A DNA stretch of 64,000 nucleotides, taken from Trichosphaerium sp. ATCC 40318 (taxonomy: Eukaryota; Protista; Tubulinea). Positions 51,900 through 64,000 of the stretch are shown in pieces. The notes under the pieces were generated by a model that was not told the origin of the DNA, did not search any database, and was given only the letters and a program-made list of their open reading frames with translations. The stretch covers positions 372,001 through 436,000 of the forward strand of contig JALMLS010000143.1 of NCBI GenBank assembly GCA_038496445.1, in the 5' to 3' direction. Numbering within the stretch: position 1 is the first letter of the stretch; every line of letters begins with the position of its first letter. A program made the position numbers and the translations under genes.

Positions 51900-54800
51900 A
51901 TGGCATTTAAAGTATCGATACAGTTGGAGGGAAAAGCTTATCCGCTCGAATCTGGCGAAAACATCCTCGGTCAGTACGAATATCAATCGCATACGCTTAA
52001 ATATACGTAGGTAGATCATTTTTTGGTATAAATGACAAGCGGTGCAGCCGAAAACAGGGTACATGCTGAACATATCATCGGAGCACACTACCTAACCATT
52101 AGTTTCGATAACCGTCGATGAAAGCCAAAAAAAGGTCACTGCACGTGCAATTGGAACAAACCCTTCTTGGATAGGTAAAAGAGGGTTACGTGTAGCTAAG
52201 GCAATGGACAAGGTACACCCAAATGATTTGATAACTATCCCAGCTTGTCTTTTTTTGTTGATAGAAATTTTTTTTAACTTTTTAAAGGACAAGGATTACT
52301 CGTTGCAAAGTAATGATATACTATATCTTTTACCCTCAATGTATCCCACATCAATATCTATAAGTGGTGGTAAGGTTTTCACCACAAAACGTAAGAGAAA
52401 CAATATGGTAGAAACCGATGAAGCACCTGCGAAGAAGAAATCAAAAAAAGAAACAAAAACGTGCGTTACTCATGTCAAAAAACGTGCATTACATGTGTTT
52501 TAGTATCGAAAACTCTCGTGTATCTTATTTATATGCTAGTGATACTGAAGATACACCTACAGAATCACAATCAGGAGAGTTTTCGATCGCTTTTCCTTCA
52601 CTTGCAACTTCAGCTTACAAGGTAGGCCTTTTTCTTTCACTCTATTGTACTTTACTAATGAGCTCTCAGTTTGACGCCAGAAAGGCTGCTAACACTGCAT
52701 GTGCAGTGATAGAGTCGTTTTTAGAAAAGGTACAGTGATAGTTGTTTAAACATACTTTTTATTGATTATGTTTAGTACACAGACCCAAGAATAAGGTATG
52801 ACTTTTGTACTAGAAGAGATCTTAAGTAACATAATCTCTAAAGAATATACTTGGTTGATATATCAGAATCTTATGTACTTAAAACCTTCCGGCAGGTATG
52901 TATTAAGGGCGACACCCTTAAAGCTTTTCATTGTCAGTGTTAATACTGGTTTATAGGCACGGAAAAATAAGGACAAGCGGTTTGTTATCGCTCCTTGTAA
53001 TATAGTTTCTTTAAAATCAGGCGGCATGCCATGTGCAACAATCATTAACGCATGCAACACAAACTTGAGCTCATTTGGTAGTGGTGTGAATAGGTACTAT
53101 TGTTTTCTTTCGGAATGGAGGGGAGCTCATTAATCAAAATAGGGCGATTCATGATGCTTGTAAAGGGAAGGGTTGTGGTATGTTTAACTCGATAAAAAGT
53201 ACATTAAGATAAGTGTTTAGATCTACAAAAACTTACCAAGGCATTGTATAAAGGTGGTGCAAAGTGCGTTGCTGATACCACCACTTTTTCTTAATATTTC
53301 TCTTAGAGTCACTACTTCCTACTGTGTTGATTTACCAAGTCACTGTCCATTGACCAAGAAGCAAGGAGTAGCAAGAGTACGCTCTAATTTTGTTTCTAAA
53401 CCTAAGTTTTGTGTAAAGGTAATCCATGTACTTGGACCAAATATGAATCCTGAGCGTCCTAATTGCTTACGTGGTGATTATGAGCGTGGCTGCTTGCTGC
53501 TAAAAAAGTGCGTATAGTGAAAGAGAAGCAGCTCAGACAGAAATCTTATTTTTTCTTAAGGGCTTATGAGAATGCGCTTGACTGTTTTGCACGCGTTTCT
53601 GGGCTTAATACTTCTACGGCAGCCAATCCATCAGGAAAGAAGCGTACGTTCAATCATGTTGTTTTCTTGAACGGCTTTGTTTGGTTTTCTGAAAAGTACC
53701 GAGTTGTGTTAGCTTTTAGCGCCATACGTAATCGCTTCCGCTACAACGTTAGTCAATAGCTTTCAAATAATTTAACGTTTGACATGCTGGCAAGAAGTGC
53801 GCGATTGTATTGCGTCACACAACAGCATACTGTTGTAGTTTTAAAGCCTAGAACATTTATTATTACAAATGTACGTGTATTAATCCTCACGCATACGTAG
53901 TCACTGCTTTTGATATTCTAATGCAAAAGAAGCCACAAAATAGCGCAAAAGTACGTTTCTTAGCTAAAATCCCATCATGCGCGTTTTAATACGTTTTCTT
54001 TCACTTGTACGTACTAATATACAATATCCAGGCGACTAAGAGTGCTCCAGTCAAAAAAACAGGATACCGTGGTGGATGGGCATCAGCCCTCTCCAAATAC
54101 ATTGATAACCCTGAAGAAAACAAGGAATCAATAGTATACAGCGATGATGATATGGTAGTTATCAAAGGTGTGCTTCAGTGCTGGGTTTTCGTGCTTTTTA
54201 TCTTGTTTTATTAAACTAAAGCTTACTCTTCGCTCAGACGCTTTCCCAAAGGCAACAACACATTTATTGGTTATGCCTAAAGAAAAGATCACAAACTTTA
54301 GTCAGCTAGACGCTACACATGTCCCACTACTTAAGAAACTAAAGCTAAAGGCTGATGAACTAGTTGAAGGTTATAAAAAAACTTTAGTTAGTGGTCCAAG
54401 ATCAGAGTTCCGTATTGGCTTTCATGCAGTCCCTTCTATGGCTCACCTCCATATGCACATTATATCACAAGGTACAAAGTGTTGATGGCATCACTTAGCT
54501 TTAATGTGCTGCTTGTTAAATTCGTTGTGTTGGATACCTTTGGTGTTTCTTCGGTTTTTTTTTTGCATTAAATGGCGACATCGATGTTCATAGTTTTGTC
54601 GTAGATTTTGTTTCTCAGAGATTAAAGAACAAGAAACACTGGAATTCATTCACAACAGAGTTCTTTAAAGATGCTGATGAGTTTATTGATACCTTAGAGA
54701 AACAAGGAAGCATATCTGTACGATTTTGTTTTTACTCCATTACAAATCTTGTTCTTTTTTTTTTTTTTTCGATTTAAAGCGGTATCACTCACTGACTGTC

Positions 54801-54921
54801 TGTTTTGTTTTAGTATGATAAACACTACTATGAGGATTTGCTCAAGTCTCCATTATACTTTAAAGGAGATGCATATAAAAATATGCCTGCACTTAAAAAA
54901 GCTCTTGCAAACAGATTATGA
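51900..54921 (+). CDS. APTX: Aprataxin-like protein: FHA + macro-like domain + HIT domain
   Basis: FHA-like N-terminus; SIAFPSLAT, IINACN..GSGVNRAIH and VIHVLGPNMNP (macro); DAFPKATTHLLVMP, GFHAVPSMAHLHMHIISQDF and LKNKKHWNSF (aprataxin HIT). Confidence 0.9.
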
Positions 54922-55288
54922 TACTGCCCAAAGCAATCGAAAATTGTAACAAAATAAAATTTGCCAAAACCGTATAAAAGGAACATCACTCACTACATTG
55001 CACCTTTGGCGCAACTGTAATAACTAGTCACCATGTTTAAATTGGCCATAGCGAAATGTTTTCAGGCCAAGTACTCTTTTTTTTGGAATTGGCATCGCGA
55101 AGTTGTATTCAGTGAACAAAGTGTACGTTTGGCATGTTTGAAAGGTAATCTTTACGAACGTTGTAGGATTGCTGTATGTTGTTCTTGGAAGGTTTATTCT
55201 GCCCACAATTTTTTTGCATTTGAGACTACGTTGTTTTTAAATATCTGAGCGATTGATATTATCACAAGGAATAAGCGTACTACTGCAA

Positions 55289-55427
55289 CTGTAGTCCTGC
55301 CGTCTAAATACAAAGGCGTAAATGTCAGGAAAACTACACACTGCGAAACGTAGAAAGTTGGGTATTTCCACAAACACAGCTGCAGTCCTGCCGTCTTACT
55401 ATAGGCGTAAATGTCAGGATAACTGCA
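55289..55427 (+). repeat. Two imperfect direct repeats (~50 nt), each folding as a hairpin
   Basis: CTGTAGTCCTGCCGTCT..AGGCGTAAATGTCAGGAAAACTACA and CTGCAGTCCTGCCGTCT..AGGCGTAAATGTCAGGATAACTGCA. Confidence 0.85.
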
Positions 55428-55674
55428 TAGCAATTAATCTGAACCTTAATGTCTTTGTTTTTTGAAAAAACAACTACCAAAGTGTAGGTGCTTGACTTTA
55501 GTCAATGTACAGCTTAAGCAGCCGTCCTCTTCTCAACAAATTTGAATATCCACGTCTAGCTTTTTCTTATGTTCCTTCGTGCTTCCACTAATTGCATCTT
55601 TTTTTAGACTGGTGGAACCTTACACGAAAATAAACACAATCCTGGAATCTTAAAAATACTTTATTTGCGAGAAC

Positions 55675-56356
55675 TTAACATGATTTGGCAATTCTTGTTT
55701 GCTCTATGCCGTTTTTAAAGTATGATGTCTCAATTTCACCTGTATCGTACCATCGCTTTTGCTCTCCGTCTAATTTACCATTGACGTAATTACAGATGTA
55801 CCATACCTGACCATTCCCATGCCATGTCTTGCACTCTCCTTCTAGTTTGCCATGTACGTAGTAGCCTTGCATTGACAATAGTCCATTTTGATACCAACAC
55901 TTATACTCTCCTTCATGTATATCATTGACATAACTATAATTGTATTTCAATACACCACGTTTCGACCAAGTTATGAACTCTCCCTCTTTTTTATCATTAA
56001 CATAGTGACACTTCTGAAACAAATTGCCATTTTTATACCAATGCTTGTATTCTCCTTCTCTCTTACCATTGACATACTTTTGCTGCTCCTCAAGTTTCCC
56101 ATTTTCATACCACTTCTTATAATCTCCATGTCGTTGGCCATGCAAATATTCAATTTGCACGAAATTTGACTCCGTAATCTGTATCAGTGTAAGTCCATTT
56201 GCCGTGTTTGTTCAGGTTTTCATCAAACTTTGTTGATGTAGCTGTACGTTTACATAACAGAGCCCATTTGAAGAATAGCTCTGAGTCTGAGTCTAAATCA
56301 ACAATATCAAGGTATAGCTCATTGGGGAGGCTCAATAGATGACATTTGGCGTCCAT
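55675..56356 (-). CDS. F-box-like + MORN-variant repeat gene split by a +1 frameshift (programmed shift, pseudogene or sequence error)
   Basis: ORF 56356-56150 (LLSLPNELYLDIVDL..KWALLCK..KHGKW) and ORF 56160-55675 (MORN repeats) together align with the paralog at 25955-26689. Confidence 0.75.
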
Positions 56357-57098
56357 AGTAGGTATACAAAAAGGAAAAACCTATAATCCTGGTATTAAGC
56401 TTCTCGTTAGAATTAGACTTCTGAAGGGATACTATTAAATTTGATAAGAGTCTCTAACGCTTCAATAGTGTGCTAAGAACTCGAGTGACTATTCAGTAGT
56501 AAGTAACACGTTACACACTGATTACTTACGGTCAGTAAATGCTGCTTTAGCCGTTTTACTTTATTGCGTTTATCATTGCCTTAACTTAGTTTTTGTAAGT
56601 CATGGTCTGATAACTAATTTTGCTGTATTTGTTCATCACTATGAGCATTCAGTACATTGTAAGAAGCTGTAAATATTAAATTCACTTGATAGCATCCATT
56701 TTATCAAGTATGAGGCATGGAAATTATTTAGGTTGTGAGTAATGACCAACTTCATTTTGTTCCCATACAAAAATGATGTGAATACATAAAATGTGTGAAA
56801 AGTACCAGAACCAGCAATACAAAACACTTTGAAGCCATGCACATGCAACAATCTTTAAATGTTTGCACTTGCTATGATATTTACAATCGTTGATGAGGCG
56901 TCTGGATCTTTACCGTCAGTGTTACCACAAGTGTATTGTTGGTTACATTCTTGAGAGCGGTTACCACTTTAGCGCGAACAATCACTTAGCTTCTTGCGAA
57001 AACAATGAGAAAAGCGGGTAACGCGGAGTAAAACATGAATTCGTGATGTGCTTAAATTGTTAAGGCTCGATTCCATTTCACAACGGGAATACCCAAGA

Positions 57099-57972
57099 AT
57101 GAAGTGCACTACGAAATTAACCTTACTTGTAATTCTTTACGTAACAGCTGTTTACTCGCGATGTGGCACGTGATGCGAAACGTTCCCAATTTTAGTATCT
57201 GACGTTTTGTTTCAGTCGAATACGGCCCTCAGGGATCCTTCGACCCGTTCTGGACCCTAGACAGTGGTAATTTCCCTTCTTGTTTGAACAACACCGAACA
57301 AGAGCTCCTTGATGGGACTATGTACCCAGGCGTCATCCAACGCTTAGTAGATATCCCTTTTGATGTTTTTTCGTCTTTCTTTACACAACCAAACCTTTGG
57401 AATTCTTGGAGCCCTCTATTCTCTAAAATAGAAACAACAAAAGATACCTTCAAAGTCTGCAAGTACGTTGTTAAGTCCGCATCACAACAAAAAAAAACTC
57501 AAGATTGTTTATGGTAGATTAACTGTTCCCATGTAGTAAACTTATAGGAGGATTTCACATTGGATATGTCCTACCTTCTGACCTACTAATAAACCCACCA
57601 ACTATTGTGCGAGCTGATATGACTCCAACTCAAGTACACTTTTCTTGGGCTTATCAGTTTTTTACCCCGGACTCGACTTCTTCACCTCTCTTTGGACGAC
57701 ACGATATAGTAGTACAACCAAGCGCTTGCGACAATGACAAAACATGGATATTATCTTGGGAGAAGGCTGCAGGACCTACTGCTGAAACAAACCCAAAAGA
57801 AATTGAACATACGCTTTCACACACAAATTTAGCAATAATGGAAGGTGCCGCTTGTTTGTCACGTGTTTATAAGATTTTTGGTAAACTTCCTACGAACGAA
57901 GTTCAAGAGTTATGTGGAAACGATCCTCACGCTGCATACGCCGCTCTAATCTCGGGTGGAGTGTACAGTTAA
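57099..57972 (+). CDS. Secreted protein, possibly START/SRPBCC-like fold
   Basis: Signal peptide; GC-AG first intron; VDIPFDVFSSFFTQPNLWNSWSPLF resembles an SRPBCC N-terminus. Confidence 0.5.
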
Positions 57973-58163
57973 ACTAAATAAAGCTCTCATATTTCTCAGC
58001 TACTTGTCTTGGCTTTATTTGGTTTGCGCCATCTACAAAGAATTTGTTAATATCAAGATTACAGCGTACACTGGCGGTTGTTGAACATCTCACTTTGCGA
58101 AGTGACGTCTCATGCATCGTACGGGTTGAAAGTAACAAGTTTTATTTTATCTTTGTGTTATAT

Positions 58164-59596
<1,433 letters not shown>

Positions 59597-59882
59597 GTGA
59601 TCGATAACAGACGGAAACAAAAGTGAAAAAAAACCAGAAAAAGTCAACTTAGGTCACATTGATTTTTCTGAAAGGAGCTAGTAGTGTTATCTAGATTGTT
59701 TAGCACCAAACTCACTGGCACCACAACGACATTTTTCACCTGCTGTTACCAAAAATAGGGCTTGGTTCACTCGCTCACTTGAGTAACATGAAATCATTGA
59801 AAAGTTTGACATGAAAAAAACGAACTTTAGAAGACGAGTTGTTGGTTCCTTTACTTTAGTACGACTGTTGAATACATCTATT

Positions 59883-61441
59883 CTACTTCTTTGCAATACC
59901 TCCACGTTTCTATAATAAAGAGTGTAAGTAGTTATCAAATAGAATAGAACTAGATTACCAATGGCATGTACTTTTTCATTTCAGTAACTTCACGTTCCAT
60001 CCACTAAATGCAAGTTAAACTTTAAACCATTTCGCTTATCAATTGGTACCCAGATGTATCCTGCACCTGCTCCGGCGTCTTTGAGCTCTTGAAATTTTTT
60101 CTAACGTAGAATTAGCGACAAGAACAAGACTGCCAGAGGAGAAAAGGCCTTACTTCTGCTTCTTTGAATTTAGCCTCAGCTTCTTCAACAGCTGCGTTTG
60201 CTTTCGCATGTGCTATTTCAAAAGGTTCTTTTGCCTTTTCAGCACGTTTTCTAGCAGCTTCAGTTGTTATCTTTGCAGTACGTAGTGGTAATGGATCCTC
60301 TAAAAGAAAAAGGTGTTAAAAGAAATAAACAATTGAAAACTCTTTAGTGTACCGGCTAGTAGTTGTGCCAAATCAGCTTTAGCTCTTCCACGTGATACAA
60401 CGCCTCCTTCTTCGGATTTTTTCTTCAACGTTTCTTTTTTATTGTTGTAAGCATCCTCTTGAGCCTAAGGCAATAAAAGTTAAAAGGCTGTTTGCACTAG
60501 AAATATGTGAACCTGAAGTTCGGCTAAAGCTTTGGCAAGTTCGGCTTCAGCGGCTCTAAATGGTGCTGCCGCTTCTTTGGCCTCCTGTTCTTTTTTCTAT
60601 TGTTCAAAATAACGTTAGCATCACGTTGTGACTATTACGCTTTGTGCCTTAGCTTCTTCAACAAGCTTAGTAACAGCGGCTAGCATCTCTTCTGCTTGTC
60701 GAAGTTGCTCTGGATCCCCCTTTTGGTGGTATTAGTACAAATCGCTCCCGATGCAAAATCACGTGCTTGAGGACGTTCTACAAACTCGGATACAGTCTTT
60801 TTGAACTTCCAAAGGCAGTATTCTGTAAAGTGTCAACAAGTTAAATAACTTAGGAGGGCATACCAAGAAGAGCAATACGTCTGTTAAAGTCCAAGTCTGC
60901 CTCTGTTAACGCAACGCGCATCTCCTTGACTGTCATTGTCTCTTCTAAACGTACTGTTTAGTTTTTGCCATTAAATTGCTTTATCTCCGTACTAAGGCTC
61001 TCCAAAAAGCGGTGAGCGGTAAACTCGTCAACATCACACCTATTGTAAGTGTAAGGACAAAGGCATGAGCTCTACAGGCTGGAAAGCGTGCCCTTCTTTT
61101 TCTTTCTCGATATCTAGCTCTATGAACTACGAGAGAAATGAGTCACGTGACGCGGTATATTTACAAAAAGCGGTTGGGTACCTTGTGAGTCCACTCCCAA
61201 ACGTTCTCAGCCGATGCTAAAGACAATATAAGGCGAAATGGTCGTTGTGGAAAGTTGTTGAGTGAAAAATAAGCATGTACATTCTGCATCCTTCCAATAT
61301 GCGTTGAGAAAAGCCTAGCATAGTTTTGTTAGCGAAAAGCACCGAATAAAGCGAGTATACAGCGATTTAAGCTCAACGAACCTTTGCTTGATCTGCGTAA
61401 CACTTTGAAGTGAACTCCTTAAACTTGGCTTGAACTGACAT
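59883..61441 (-). CDS. Calcium-regulated actin-bundling (ABP34/CARP-like) family protein with an Ala/Lys/Glu coiled coil
   Basis: QAKAFLNAYW, DLDFNRRIALLEY, ITTEAARKRA and GYIWWMEREVTEMKKYMP resemble Dictyostelium ABP34 motifs. Confidence 0.8.
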
Positions 61442-62394
61442 GTGTTGTGATGGTTTTAACAACGTAACTTAAAAAATACACGCTTAACAAAAAGCTGTTC
61501 AAGCCGTGGCAACATTATTAAAATACCTTGACTCTGCGATTGGTGTTGATAGGTTAATCAAAATGTAACATATTCATACAACACCAAGCGTCGGAAATCT
61601 AATTCGTATAATGTATATGTTTGGTATAGTTCCAGTAATCTCCTTACAGCAATCTGTCAATCTCTTTCTCTTCGCTCTGAAGCTGATATTAAGTCTTCTC
61701 TACCGCTTACTCCAGGCACTTGGGCAGGGTTTAATAGCATTTGATGACCAAATTAAGAGCGTGTCAGAGATGTGCTAGTATGCCAGCTGGTGGTCTTCTT
61801 AGAATCCCTAGAGACTGCAGCTCCCGCGATGAACAAGAAGAACCCTAATATCTATGCAAAAAGGAAGGCTCTTAGAAAGAGACTACGCTTGGAAGGCAAG
61901 CTAGCTCCGCCAAAGGAGCCATCCTTATACCACCACTTGCTGCGCCGCCAGATCTGGTATCGTTCATTGTGGATGGGTGCTTCGAGTGATATCAATTTGA
62001 TTAGTGTAGCGAACTCCTCGTTTACGTTTCTAGTCTGTTATTGATGTCAAGATTCGCGTTATTTATTTCACGATGTTTCTCGTGAGATTTCACGTAAAAC
62101 TTATTGATAGAGGGCTTCTTGTCACGTTTCTGCTTTAAGAATGACCGTGATCAACCCTAAAAGCCGTAGTATAGACTATAAACTATACATACCATTAAAT
62201 GGTTGATAGAGCTCCAATACATAGTATTAGCACTCGTTAATACTAGGTATCGCGAAAGAAGTGCTCGTGCAGCAAAGTGTTTATCGAGGAAACCAAATAA
62301 AAATTGTGGTTGTCACGTCATTCTTGTTTCACTGATTTGAAAAAAAAATCAAAATCAAAATCAACAACAACCAACACAAACAACAACAAGCTAG

Positions 62395-63300
62395 ATGTCA
62401 AACAAACAAACATCAACCAACAACAAAACAAAGAAACGTGTCACTCAAAAGAAGAAACCATCAAAGGCGCCAGTGTACGTTAATTTATCGTCAAGTGAAA
62501 TCCAATGATTACTGACACTCTTCATGATAGTACAAAGAAACCCACAGTTAACCCTGCAACTGTTGGAGGAGGTGTCGGAGGCACATTCATGAAGTCATTG
62601 CGTATGTTCTAAAGCCTGTGATGTATTCTAACAGTTTATGATAGCAAAACCTTGTGGTGTTGCTGGCTTGGCACCTTGTATCGGAATCATCAGCCCAAAT
62701 CCAAATGGTACATGTTATTGTGCTCATATCAGCGACTCTTGCTCAATGAGAACATGGTGGACACCATACGATAAGATTCAAAAAGCAGTTCGTACAGCTT
62801 GGATTGAAGAAAAAATCAAATCTGGTTTAGGTATGTAATTGTTTGCTTTGTTACTTTTGGTGATCGTGATGTATGACTCACCCTATGGTCTAGGAAATCA
62901 TCCAATCAGTAAAAGAACATTTTACGTGATGACAGGAATGCCAGAAGCCAATGCAACACTTGCGGCTGTACTTGAGGTATTGAAGGGTGCTCGTAAAGTG
63001 ATCAACAAAACAGGATGTAAAAGGTTTAAAAGTGGATTCTACTTGAATTCCAAGGGTTCTATTCGTCCACTTGTTGAACCTGATGCACTTTGGGCATGTG
63101 GTTGGGTTAAAGGAACAGAACTATCACAACGTTATAAGAAGATGCCAAATAACAAGGTCAATGGAGATGGCATATTTGAAGTACCTGAAATGAAAAAGTT
63201 TGATACAGTCGTTTCACAAGTTCGTAAAGCAAAGAAGGGTTTGGTCAGTAAAGATGACCCAGCACTCAAAAAATTCAGGCCTGTATTGGCGAAGGTATGA
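62395..63300 (+). CDS. Uncharacterised protein with a CheD/CNF1-like Cys-His motif, 4 exons
   Basis: GVAGLAPCIGIISPNPNGTCYCAHIS motif; exons join in frame. Confidence 0.55.
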
Positions 63301-63537
63301 TCACATGCGAACTTTCGTATCGTTGGATGATACGCCTTGTATATACTACTATCAATAAACAAATTATCAATACTTTTTTATTTTATTCAGCTGAGGTAAG
63401 TCACGGACAATATAGGGCTTAGAGAAGCAGTATTTCTAATTTCTAGATTCTACAATTTATCTGTAAAGTTAATTGGATGGGCATCTCTCAGAGCTACATG
63501 TAGAAAACACATTTTTTCTGCCATTTTAACTGTACAG

Positions 63538-64000
63538 TCATAGCTTTTTCACCACTTCTTGAGTTAATAGATATGTGTGTATGTAAACTTCCACCAGCTC
63601 ATCATGTACTTGCTCTTGATAAAACCAAAAAAAGAAACAACACGTGTTAATAAAGAGCAAAAAGGGTTGAGATTCCGTTTGATTTTAGTCAAAAACTTGA
63701 TCGTACTTGTAAGTCTTTTGTTTCAATCTTCTTGATTTTAGCATATCTCTCAATCTGTGTCAATATAGCCATGTTCATATACATCTGAGTTGATGGGAAA
63801 GTAGTATCGGCATTGTGCACAACATCACTTTCAAATCCGTAAGTACTTCCTGAATGAAATATTAAAATCCGTAGACACGGTTATCATTTCGGCTTTCTTA
63901 AAACAAAATAAGAATAAAATAAGAACTTTCCTACTTTTGTTCGTCGGGCAATTGAATTGTACCGTTTAAGTTTTGCAAACTAATACCTCAAAGCTTTGTT
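63538..64000 (-). CDS. 3' end of a multi-exon gene of unknown function (continues beyond the window)
   Basis: Exons ..GFESDVVHNADTTFPSTQMY.. and ..VHDELVEVYIHTYLLTQEVVKKL* flanked by GT/AG. Confidence 0.4.

Noticed and set aside
56380-56435. Possible U12-type intron (GTATCCCTT) in the 5'UTR of the MORN gene
   Set aside because: It deviates from RTATCCTT and has no clear TCCTTAAC branch site; more likely an ordinary GT-AG intron.

Overview
This is eukaryotic nuclear DNA from an AT-rich, gene-dense, intron-rich protist, most likely an amoebozoan (it carries a CARP/ABP34-type actin-bundling gene and a PA-like/multi-TM receptor). About 33 protein genes can be rebuilt by hand. Their introns are short (roughly 40-150 nt), and head-to-head start codons are often only ~100 bp apart. 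Housekeeping genes include enoyl-CoA hydratase, Ras, RasGEF, RhoGEF, a TBC RabGAP, RPL13, ribosomal P2, PEX14, PEX5, annexin, prefoldin 1, aprataxin and a haloalkane dehalogenase. Main observations: (1) six nearly intronless F-box-like genes with LRR or MORN-type repeats are scattered among the intron-rich genes; one has a 3x192-bp mosaic LRR expansion varying at exposed strand codons, and one is split by a +1 frameshift at a UUU_CGU motif; (2) PEX14 and PEX5 sit head-to-head 95 bp apart; (3) at least 8 reading-frame-supported GC-AG introns have a GCACGY donor; (4) a tandem intergenic hairpin pair shows compensatory changes; (5) there is a hidden secreted 10-Cys peptide, an LPMO-like protein, a CheD/CNF-like deamidase candidate and an aprataxin lacking its zinc ligands. 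No rRNA, tRNA, CRISPR array or clear transposon was seen. Exon boundaries were read manually and product calls come from motif recognition, not database searches.
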